Below, one piece after another: positions 55,164-64,000 of a stretch of 64,000 nucleotides of DNA. The notes beneath the pieces are model-generated. The model was not told the origin of the DNA, did not search any database, and saw nothing but the letters and a program-made list of their open reading frames with translations. The stretch comes from an uncultured Gammaproteobacteria bacterium (GTDB lineage: Bacteria > Pseudomonadota > Gammaproteobacteria > JABCZS01): NCBI GenBank assembly GCA_963848305.1, contig CAWKDC010000001.1, positions 928,001 through 992,000 of the forward strand, read 5' to 3'. Position 1 is the stretch's first letter. Every line of letters starts with the position of its first letter. The translations under genes were made by a program, and so were the position numbers.

Positions 55164-55886
55164 ATGCGCCCCAACAACCGAGACCCACACGCCCTACGCC
55201 CCATTAAAATCACACGTGGCTATACGCAATACGCCGAAGGTTCTGTGCTCATAGAATTTGGACAAACCCGTGTATTATGCAACGCCACAGTGCAGCCAGG
55301 GGTTGTACCCCGGTTCTTGAAAGGCTCAGGACAAGGGTGGGTCACCGCGGAATATGCGATGCTGCCCAGGGCCACACATGAACGTAATGAGCGTGAATCC
55401 ACCAAAGGCAAGGCCTCAGGCCGCACCCTGGAAATTCAACGCTTGATTGCCCGTAGCTTACGTGCTGCAGTTGATTTGAAGGCCCTGGGCGAAAACACTA
55501 TTATCATCGATTGTGACGTCTTGCAAGCCGATGGGGGAACCCGCACTGCGGCCATTACTGGTGGAGCTATTGCTCTGCATGATGCGATTGCTTCCCTCAA
55601 CAAGCTTGGCGTTCTGCAAAAAAACCCTTTTGTCCAATGGGTCGCCGCCGTTTCTGTGGGAATATATCAGGGCGACATTGTGCTCGATTTAGAGTATACT
55701 GAAGACAGAGATGCTCAAACCGACATGAATGTCGTCATGACGGAACATGGGGCGTTTATCGAGGTTCAAGGTACAGCAGAATCAGAACCTTTTAACCTTG
55801 AGCAGCTTAACCGAATGGTAGAAGTCGCACAAAGTGGTATTGCAGAATTAATTATGTTACAAAAGACGAACAAAATTTATCCTTAA
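55164..55886 (+). CDS. rph: Ribonuclease PH
   Basis: [42 protein letters not shown]; divergent from yicC. Confidence 0.97.
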   Translation: MRPNNRDPHALRPIKITRGYTQYAEGSVLIEFGQTRVLCNATVQPGVVPRFLKGSGQGWVTAEYAMLPRATHERNERESTKGKASGRTLEIQRLIARSLRAAVDLKALGENTIIIDCDVLQADGGTRTAAITGGAIALHDAIASLNKLGVLQKNPFVQWVAAVSVGIYQGDIVLDLEYTEDRDAQTDMNVVMTEHGAFIEVQGTAESEPFNLEQLNRMVEVAQSGIAELIMLQKTNKIYP

Positions 55887-56027
55887 TTGCGTGCATTAAT
55901 AGGATTTTGGCAACAGAAATATAGGCTTGACAAGCCCTGTGTTTTCTGGTTCAATGTCAGGGTTCAACGGAATGATAAGCATTAACAAGGATAGGATGGT
56001 ATATGGCTTAGAACGAATGGGGTCTAC

Positions 56028-57765
56028 ATGAAACCAACAATCGCAGTCCTTGGCGGCGGCATGGCTGGCGTGGCAGCACAAAGGGAGCTTTTGAAAAGCG
56101 GCTATCATGTCGTTCTATTTGATTTGAATGATCGGTACTTTGGTGAGAAAAGTTCAACATATCAATCCGCCCATAAAATTCATCTCGGGTTTCACTACCT
56201 TAAACACACAGCCACTGCCAAAGAATGTCTTGGCAATGCGTTATCATTTGTGACAGCATTTCCTGGTTGCCTCTCAGGAGGAGCCGATCCCAGTAGCCCT
56301 ATACGGCGCGGCCGCTATGCTGTGATGTCAGGATCTCAGTGCGATGAAGTCCAAATAGATCTTGTTGTGAATGAACTCAGGGAAATTTATACTGCATATT
56401 GCAAGGAAAAGAAAAAGGAACCTTTTGGACCCCCCTGATGAGTTTGTTAAAGATATCACTAAGTCTCCCAAGCTCTATGAGGATATTGAAACAGGCGATA
56501 TCGATGTTGAGAATGAAGATGGCACTGTCACCAAACAGAAGGTTGTCCGTGTCTTCGACACAGCTGAGTCTCAAGTTGATCTGAATGCCTTACGCGACCA
56601 AATCCAATCTGAAAATATCAAATTCATCAGGGACAAGATATTAACCACCCATTTCTCTACACGTGTCGAACGATTGGAACAGGTTGAGGTTACTGAGATA
56701 GAAAATAATGTCTCAGTGCCAAAGCTGAAATGGAAAATAATATACACAAACCTTGTCACGAAGACAAGAACATTCATGCTCGTTGATGGCGTTGTAAATT
56801 GCACCTGGCAAAATATTGATGAATTGAATAAAAACCTTAATTTCCCCAAATTATCGGACTCTGTTGATTGGGTTCGTCCTAAAGTATTTGCCAAAGTGAA
56901 AATGCCATTGATTTTTGAGAGTATCCCTACCACCACATTCGCTGTGGGTGCTTACTGTGGCTTCAATAATTTTGGCAATGGTGACGGCATGATGACCTAC
57001 GAAAGGGTTGGCAGCGTCTTCGCCTATGAGGCGGGCACCACCCCCACAGCCTCGACAGTCAAAGATTATGATTACCTCTCGACCGAAAAACAGCAAGCAC
57101 TTCAAAATGAACTTCAAGCAATTTTGAAAGGTGACTTATCACCCTCATCGCCATACGGTAGACAATATATTGATAGAATCAAGGAAGGCGTTGCAAGGTA
57201 TTACGCAGGAGAGTACAAAGAGGCTATATTAGCCATGCCAGATAGTGATATCTCTATCGAAGTAGGGTTTGTGATCAATAACCTTGCGCCAGGCCAACGA
57301 ATTGATGTCGATTCAAAAGACAGCCCACACCATGCAAGGCTTGAATCAGGTTTGCAACCTTCAGCTTTTGCTTTCTGTAACCTCAGGGGGATGAAAGTCT
57401 CTTTCGTTCAACACTACGTGCAGGCACTGGTTACTCATTTTCACAAACATTTCATGCTTCATAAATACTTTTTTAACGGTCCTGGGAACGGAAGTTACAC
57501 CCTTAAACAATTTAAAGAGTTTCTACCCGTTTTAGTGTTCATGGTTGAAACAGCTGTCGATAAAACCAAAATTTATGAATCTCTCTGCATATTGGGAGAC
57601 CCACAAACACCCAAGTTTGTCACCACCTCCCTTGCAAGTGAATTGCTGCAACCCAAGTCCCCAAGTCATGTAACTGCAAACTCACAAATTATCAGAACAG
57701 CCCCCCCTGCTTCAGCCAGCTATGTCATTCAAAATAGCATGCCAAGGTGCCAAATCGAATCATGA
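56028..57765 (+). CDS. FAD-dependent oxidoreductase (DAO-like), one frameshift at ~56432
   Basis: IAVLGGGMAG Rossmann motif, KIHLGFHY, DGVVNCTW. Removing one C from GGACCCCCC joins the two ORFs. Confidence 0.75.
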
Positions 57766-59711
57766 TTTCAAACAATGACCAATGGAACATAGAAAACAAT
57801 GTTTTTGGCAGCATCATTAATCAACTTCCGCATTACATCTTTTGGAAAGATAAAAACTACGTTTTTCGCGGCTGTAACCAACTCCATGCAGAGCAGTTCG
57901 GTTTAAAAGATCAGAGCGAAATCATTGGAAAAACTGACGCCGATTTTGCCTGGCTTAACCCCTACATGAACAAATATTTGGCAGACGATAAAGAAGTCAT
58001 GCAAACAGGAAAAGCAAAACTACATTATGAAGAAGTGATCCACCAACGGAATGGCGAACCCAAAGTTGTGCTGATCAGCAAAATCCCCCTTGTTGACAGC
58101 CAAGGTAATATCAACGGAGTATTGGGGATTTATACGGATATCACAGAACGGAAAAAATTTGAATTAGAGCTGAAAGCCTCGAAAGAAGCAGCGGAAACTG
58201 CCAGCCATGCCAAAACAGAATTCATACGAAACATGAGCCACGACTTACGTACCCCGCTTACTGGGATCATCGGCATGGCGGAGATGCTTAGCCAAACACC
58301 GAGCGCAAAAATGACTTATGAAGCCGCTCAAGATATTCAACAAGCAGGTTCATCCTTATTAAACTTACTGAATGAAATCATTGAAACCGTGCAGATTGAA
58401 TCAGGAAAAACCATTGAGAAAAAACGGTGTTTTTCTTTCAACAGCACATTGCAAACACTCACCAATATTTTCAAACCTGCCATGAAACAGAAGGGCTTAA
58501 AACTTGAAACCTATTTTGATGACAATATCCCCGATATTTTATACGGTCAAGAGCTATTGTTTCACCGCATCGTTTTAAATTTATTAGGCAATGCGGTCAA
58601 GTTCACTGAAAAAGGGCCCATCAGCCTTGAAGCCAGCTTATTACAAAAAAGATCGAACAGTATCAGTGTGAAACTGGTTGTACAGGACACAGGGATTGGT
58701 ATTCCTAAAGACAAGCAAACCATCATTTTCGAGAAATTCAGCCGTCTCACGCCTTCTTACACCAATATTTTTAAGGGCAGTGGACTGGGCTTGTTCATGG
58801 TAAGGGAATATATTCAAAAACTCGGCGGCGAAATTACTGTCAACAGTACGGAAGGAAAAGGCTCCACATTCACCTGCACTGTTGATTTCAAATTGCCAAC
58901 GCCGAAACAATTGGCCCAATATCAGAAAAAAATAGAGGCTGAAAAAGCACTTATTCAAAAAATTTCTGACGCCAGTGAAGCTGTGAAAAGTCGACATACG
59001 AAACCATTACATACGCTGCTCGTCGAAGATACATTGTTGTCTCAAAAATTAGCAAAAAGCTTGTTGATGAATGCTGGCTATGAAGTCGAAACAGCAGAAA
59101 CGGCAGCAGAAGCGTTGAAAAAGTCTCAATTGAAAAAGTTTGACGTCATCTACATGGATTTAGGCCTGCCTGATGGCAGCGGTATTGATGTCACACAAGC
59201 TGTTCGTCAAGATAAATCAAATCCAAATACGAATACATTGATTGTGGCTCTCACCGCGCATTCCGACGAAGAAATCAAGCAAAATTCGATTGCTGTAGGC
59301 ATACAGGATATTATCGACAAACCACTGACTTCTGAAAAAATAAACGCAACAGAAATGAAGCTATTGAATCTTCTCCAGCCAAATGATAAAGAACTGCCTA
59401 TTTTTGACATGGTTTATATGACATCTCTCATGGATAATAATGTTGATCTGGCGCAAGAATCACTCGATATTTTTGTAGAGACACTGCCACAAATACGCAA
59501 ACAATTGGCAGAAGCATATCAACAACAAGACTGGGCAAAACTCAAACATCTTGTCCATAAGTTGCACGGGGATCTGTGCTACAGTGGAGCACTTCGTTTA
59601 AAAGCAGCGGTCCATAAATTAGAGCATGCGTTGATTGAAGAAACAAACCAATATGAATCGCTTTATGAAAATACTATCGCCGAGATCGATACATTTCTAG
59701 AAGCGGTTTAA
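57762..59711 (+). CDS. Cytoplasmic hybrid sensor kinase PAS-HisKA-HATPase-REC-HPt
   Basis: IFWKD...GCN PAS; [13 protein letters not shown]; [22 protein letters not shown]; YMDLGLPD; HKLHG. ATGA overlap with the upstream gene. Confidence 0.92.
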   Translation: MISNNDQWNIENNVFGSIINQLPHYIFWKDKNYVFRGCNQLHAEQFGLKDQSEIIGKTDADFAWLNPYMNKYLADDKEVMQTGKAKLHYEEVIHQRNGEPKVVLISKIPLVDSQGNINGVLGIYTDITERKKFELELKASKEAAETASHAKTEFIRNMSHDLRTPLTGIIGMAEMLSQTPSAKMTYEAAQDIQQAGSSLLNLLNEIIETVQIESGKTIEKKRCFSFNSTLQTLTNIFKPAMKQKGLKLETYFDDNIPDILYGQELLFHRIVLNLLGNAVKFTEKGPISLEASLLQKRSNSISVKLVVQDTGIGIPKDKQTIIFEKFSRLTPSYTNIFKGSGLGLFMVREYIQKLGGEITVNSTEGKGSTFTCTVDFKLPTPKQLAQYQKKIEAEKALIQKISDASEAVKSRHTKPLHTLLVEDTLLSQKLAKSLLMNAGYEVETAETAAEALKKSQLKKFDVIYMDLGLPDGSGIDVTQAVRQDKSNPNTNTLIVALTAHSDEEIKQNSIAVGIQDIIDKPLTSEKINATEMKLLNLLQPNDKELPIFDMVYMTSLMDNNVDLAQESLDIFVETLPQIRKQLAEAYQQQDWAKLKHLVHKLHGDLCYSGALRLKAAVHKLEHALIEETNQYESLYENTIAEIDTFLEAV

Positions 59712-60627
59712 ACCAAGGTCTCAACATATCTTTCAAGGTTTTTTTCGTCCACTCCATGGCAAAATGGCATTTTCTGCGACGATTTGTTTCAGAAACCTTC
59801 ACATAAAAGTCTTGAGTATTCTTTTTGAATAATGCATTCTCACGCAACGCACACTCATACAGCACCATGTCATCACGATTCACATCTTTGATCTGATTCA
59901 ATATATCCTTGCTTAAAGCACTTTTGTTGATAAAACCAGGTGAGACATTCTCATGACCCATGGATGTTTTCACATTAAACAAATGGTATAAATAATCTGC
60001 ATCAGTACTAAATGACTCAGTAATGCCAACAAAATAAAATTTCTGTAATGCATCCTGCAAGCTACTCTCATCCCTCTTGTCATCAATAAAGTTCAAGTAT
60101 TCCAAATAGTTTGTCATGGTGGCGTAAAATATATGATGATGGTTGTACACGCGATGCAGCCACGTCTCAAAATCAGGCACTTTTCCATCGATTAGAAAAT
60201 GGTCGGTGATGCGTTTTCTAAACTTCTTTTGGTAATCATTTGGATTTTTGATATTCTCGTATGTGCCCCAGGCCATACGTTCATAATTATAGAGTGAAAC
60301 GGTACGAGACACTGGTTCTCTGAAAAAGTGATATACCGTGATGGCTTATTAAATAATGCATGAATCCCATGATAAGCATCATGTCCAGCAATGCAATATG
60401 TTTTGTCTTTTTGAGCAGAACTCAATGAATCCACATAATCTATAAAATGGTGCTTTCCCTGATAAAAATCCGTTTTTCCTGTATGCTGATTGAAAAAGGT
60501 TCACCATAAGAAAAACTGTCACGCATTAAGAAATGTCGATGATTAGACACCTCAATATTATTTTAAAATATTGACCAGCAGTTTTAGGAATATGGCTGAA
60601 AACATACAACGCATTTGATTCATTCAT
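59674..60627 (-). pseudogene. Sulfotransferase family protein, paralog with three single-base homopolymer deletions (pseudogene or assembly error)
   Basis: LYVFSHIPKTAG, IAGHDAYHGIH, REPVSRTVSLYNY align with the upstream paralog; frame breaks in A/T runs near 60565, 60495 and 60325. Confidence 0.75.
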
Positions 60628-60645
60628 GATCAAATTCTCTATAAA

Positions 60646-61599
60646 TTACCTCAAGCCCATCTGAACCAAGACAGGCCTTACTATAGACTTCAATAAATTC
60701 ACTGAAGTTTTTTTCGTCCATTCCCATGGATAAAAAAATCTTCTGATTCTTTTGGATTTAGCAACATCAATGTAAAAATTTTTATTTTCCTTCTTGAAAG
60801 AAGAATTTTCCCTTAAAGCGCATTCATATAAAACGAGGTCATCCTTGTTCAGATCTCTGATCTGATTGATCACATCTGAAGATAATGAATTCCTATTAAC
60901 ATAACCTGGAGAAGTATTTCCTTTCCCGATTGATGTTTTAACATTCAGCTGATGGTATAAGTAATCTGCATCCGGATAAAACGATTCTGTGACGCCGACA
61001 AAATGAAATTTCTTCAAAGCATCCTGGAAACTAGATTCATCCCTATTCTCATCTATAAAATTGAGATATTGCAAATAATCACTCATTGTATTGTAAAAAA
61101 TATGGTGGTGTTTATAGACATGATGCAGCCATGTTTCGAAATCCGGGATTTTACCATCAATCATGAATTTTTCAACGATGCGTTCATTCAGCATGACATG
61201 GAAATGATTTTTATTTCTCATCTTATCGAGGACGCCGACCAACATGCGTACATAATTATAGTGTGATATCGTGCGCGATATAGGCTCTCTGACGAATGTG
61301 ATATATTTCGCAGGTCTATCAAATAGTGTGTGGATGCCGTAATATGCGTCGTGCCCTGCAATACAGTGAATTTTATTTTTTTGCGCTGGGCTCAATGATT
61401 TCACATAGTCGATATAATGCTCTTTGCCAAGATAAAAATCCGTTTTTCCAGTATGCTGATTCTTGAAAGGTTGAAAATAGCTGAAGCTAGAATGCATTAA
61501 ATAATGCTGCGGATTTGACTTTTTAATATTGGTTATAAAAAATGAACCAGCTGTTTTCGGAATATGACTGAAAACATACAATTCCTGATCTTGCTTCAT
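60646..61599 (-). CDS. Sulfotransferase (Sulfotransfer_2-like)
   Basis: PAPS-binding motifs HIPKTAGS and TFVREPISRTISHY. Confidence 0.88.
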   Translation of the reverse strand: MKQDQELYVFSHIPKTAGSFFITNIKKSNPQHYLMHSSFSYFQPFKNQHTGKTDFYLGKEHYIDYVKSLSPAQKNKIHCIAGHDAYYGIHTLFDRPAKYITFVREPISRTISHYNYVRMLVGVLDKMRNKNHFHVMLNERIVEKFMIDGKIPDFETWLHHVYKHHHIFYNTMSDYLQYLNFIDENRDESSFQDALKKFHFVGVTESFYPDADYLYHQLNVKTSIGKGNTSPGYVNRNSLSSDVINQIRDLNKDDLVLYECALRENSSFKKENKNFYIDVAKSKRIRRFFYPWEWTKKTSVNLLKSIVRPVLVQMGLR

Positions 61600-61605
61600 G
61601 ATGTA

Positions 61606-62748
61606 TCATCTCCTTAAAAATAACTCTATCGTTTCAACATATTGTCCCAACAAACCAACCTGATTATGTTCTAATCGGTACGTTTTTATTGCTTCTTCCT
61701 GCATATGCTTACACAGATCGGGATTTTGCGCCAGACATAGCAATGCACTCGCCAATGCTGACGCATCTTGCACCGGCACAAGCATACCCGTCACTCCGTC
61801 TTTCACGAGCTCAGGAATACCGCCCACTTTTGTTGCGACGACAGGCAACCCGACCGACATGGCTTCAATGATGCTGCATGGCCTCCCCTCACTTAAAGAC
61901 GGCAAGCAAAAAACATCGGCTTGTTGCAATGCTGTCGCAACACCTATGCGATCTAATTCACCGGTGAAATGCACTGCTGTCGATAAACCAAGATCCGATA
62001 CTTTTTGTTCAATGGGTTTCCTATACGATCCCTGTCCAACAATCATGCATTCTGCAGAAGGATATTGCGCGTGAACGATCTTAAACGCTGTTATTAAATC
62101 ATCCAAACCCTTATTCAATACAAGTCTACCCACAAAAATAATGCGGAATCCAGGTGATAATTTTTTTTTGACTGACGGAAGAACAGGTAAAGGCTCAATC
62201 AATGAATTGATCACAGTGCCTGATTTTTGATAATCAAATTGTTGCTGCAAACGTTCCAATCCTTCATTGGAAACCGATATGACATGATCAATCTCATTCA
62301 TGCTTGTTAACAATGGTGCCCAATGATCATGCATGCGATCTGGCATCCCTGCTTCAAAATATATTACTTTCATACGCAATTTTTGAGCAATAGGTACAAG
62401 GGATGTCACATCAGGTTGAAAAAGCATAAGCACTTTAGGTTGCAGAATCTTCAACATCCATTCAATGCAGCGAAAATATCCAGGCCCCGCCTCACGTTCG
62501 GATTTTGGCATAATATAAAATGAAAGACCCGTCCCGCATAATTTATGTTGCCTCAGCGCTTCTGTGATCAAGCGGTATTGTAATTCACAACCGCCCACGC
62601 GAAAAACCGTTGTGATCAGGGTTAATACAGGTCTTTTACCATATGTTAAGCGTGAATAGAGGGCTTGAAAAAGTAACACAACCATTTCAGGAAAATAGAA
62701 CAGCGGCACATGAAAATAGAGCCATCGGATCTGTTTTTTAAACCGCAT
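61606..62748 (-). CDS. Glycosyltransferase family 4
   Basis: FVGRLVLNKG, ADVFCLPSLSEG...IIEAMSVGLPVVATKVGGIPE. Confidence 0.92.
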   Translation of the reverse strand: MRFKKQIRWLYFHVPLFYFPEMVVLLFQALYSRLTYGKRPVLTLITTVFRVGGCELQYRLITEALRQHKLCGTGLSFYIMPKSEREAGPGYFRCIEWMLKILQPKVLMLFQPDVTSLVPIAQKLRMKVIYFEAGMPDRMHDHWAPLLTSMNEIDHVISVSNEGLERLQQQFDYQKSGTVINSLIEPLPVLPSVKKKLSPGFRIIFVGRLVLNKGLDDLITAFKIVHAQYPSAECMIVGQGSYRKPIEQKVSDLGLSTAVHFTGELDRIGVATALQQADVFCLPSLSEGRPCSIIEAMSVGLPVVATKVGGIPELVKDGVTGMLVPVQDASALASALLCLAQNPDLCKHMQEEAIKTYRLEHNQVGLLGQYVETIELFLRR

Positions 62749-62849
62749 AAGTTATCATCCAAAATTGTTCGCAACGAAACACTTGACCATTCTATACGAA
62801 TCGCTCTACAATCGCAATGATATGCAACAACGAAGCGAGCGAAAATACC

Positions 62850-64000
62850 ATGGAACACCTCTATTTAAACGAAGCAGAAATCACCGCGCTTAAACCGCTC
62901 ATCACCTCATCACGTAGTCTCACAGTTACTGACCGTCAATTGTGCGATCTTGAATTGCTCATGAATGGCGGGTTTTCTCCGCTCACTGGATTTTTAAATC
63001 AAGATGATTACAACAGTGTGCTTGATAACATGCATTTAGCCAATGGCGCATTGTGGCCCATGCCCATCACCTTGGATGTGCCCGAAGCTTTTGCCACCTC
63101 GCTCTCGCTCGGCGACACCATTGTGCTCAGAGATCCCGAGGGTTTGGCGTTGGCCTTGATGACGATTGAATCTTGCTGGAAGCCAGATAAACATCATGAA
63201 GCGCTTTCCGTTTTTGGCACTGAAGATACGCTGCATCCTGCAGTTCACTATTTATTTCACGAAGTGAGAGACTATTATTTGGGCGGCAAAGTTCAAGGCC
63301 TGACGCCACCGGTTCACCACGATTTTATCGAGCATCGCCATACACCCCACACATTGCGTGCGCTGTTCAAATCACTCGATTGGAAACGCGTCGTGGCGTT
63401 TCAGACACGCAACCCCATGCACCGCGCCCATGTCGAAATCACACGCCGTGCAGCGGCCTCTGTCGATGGATATTTGGTCATTCATCCTGTCGTTGGCATG
63501 ACGAAACCCGGCGATATCGACCACTACTCCCGTGTGCGGTGTTATGAGCGCGTGATTGCGCGTCAACCCGACATGTTTTTGAGTTTATTGCCTCTCGCCA
63601 TGCGCATGGGTGGTCCACGCGAAGCTGTGTGGCATGCACTCATTCGCCAAAATTATGGATTCACCCATTTTATTGTTGGCCGCGATCATGCCTCAGGCAA
63701 AAACAGTCAAGGCGTTGATTTTTATGAACCCTACGCCGCTCAAGATCTTTTGAAAAGCGTTGAACATGAATTGACTATCCAAATTCTGCCATTTTCCATG
63801 ATGTCTTATGTCGCAGAGCGCCAGACCTATTGCATGGAAAATGAAATTCAACCCGGCGAAACTGTATTGAATATTTCTGGCACAGAGTTCCGCCGCAAAC
63901 TGCAGCGCGGAGAAAAAATCCCCGAGTGGTTTTCATATCCTGAAGTGGTGGAAGAATTGCAAAAGGTTCATCCACCGCGTCATCAACAAGGCATGGTACT
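62850..64000 (+). CDS. sat: Sulfate adenylyltransferase, probably bifunctional Sat/APS kinase (3'-truncated; absent from the ORF track)
   Basis: Manual translation from ATG 62850: DRQLCDLELLMNGGFSPLTGF, WPMPITLD, AFQTRNPMHRAH, AMRMGGPREAVWHA, HFIVGRDHA, NISGTEFR, ending PPRHQQG, the usual linker into a fused APS kinase. Confidence 0.92.
   Translation, partial: MEHLYLNEAEITALKPLITSSRSLTVTDRQLCDLELLMNGGFSPLTGFLNQDDYNSVLDNMHLANGALWPMPITLDVPEAFATSLSLGDTIVLRDPEGLALALMTIESCWKPDKHHEALSVFGTEDTLHPAVHYLFHEVRDYYLGGKVQGLTPPVHHDFIEHRHTPHTLRALFKSLDWKRVVAFQTRNPMHRAHVEITRRAAASVDGYLVIHPVVGMTKPGDIDHYSRVRCYERVIARQPDMFLSLLPLAMRMGGPREAVWHALIRQNYGFTHFIVGRDHASGKNSQGVDFYEPYAAQDLLKSVEHELTIQILPFSMMSYVAERQTYCMENEIQPGETVLNISGTEFRRKLQRGEKIPEWFSYPEVVEELQKVHPPRHQQGMV

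Noticed and set aside
63036-63975. Short minus-strand ORFs at the right end
   Set aside because: They are antisense shadows of the plus-strand sat gene that runs off the window.

Overview
Chromosomal window from a Legionellales-type gammaproteobacterium (inferred from its Dot/Icm genes, gene order and rRNA). Left to right it holds: the end of a Dot/Icm type IVB secretion locus (dotL/icmO on +; icmW, a small secreted protein, icmX, a membrane protein, icmV and two tandem dotA copies on -); housekeeping genes (ppa, gpsA, secB, grxC, gpmI, envC, ctpA, trxA); three GDSL lipases; a complete rRNA operon on - (16S, tRNA-Ile, tRNA-Ala, 23S, 5S); hemF, ssb, an MFS transporter and uvrA; and spoT-rpoZ, separated from gmk-yicC-rph by an accessory block (AbiE toxin-antitoxin, a ~2070-aa LRR/Cys-His-Asp/AAA+ protein, tRNA-Lys). 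It ends with an oxidoreductase plus hybrid kinase pair and a PAPS/sulfotransferase/glycosyltransferase locus. The most striking feature is a ~300-nt intervening sequence in helix 25 of the 23S rRNA, closed by a perfect 18-bp stem, which encodes a complete minimal GIY-YIG nuclease with its own RBS. The same operon has an 84-bp tandem palindromic array between 23S and 5S and REP-like palindromes in its leader, spacers and trailer. Most broken reading frames here, including in-frame TGA codons at conserved Trp positions in dotA-2 and icmW, sit on GGNCC sites. This is most likely a long-read error fingerprint of cytosine methylation rather than true pseudogenisation. All calls come from reading the sequence and recalled family motifs; no searches were run.
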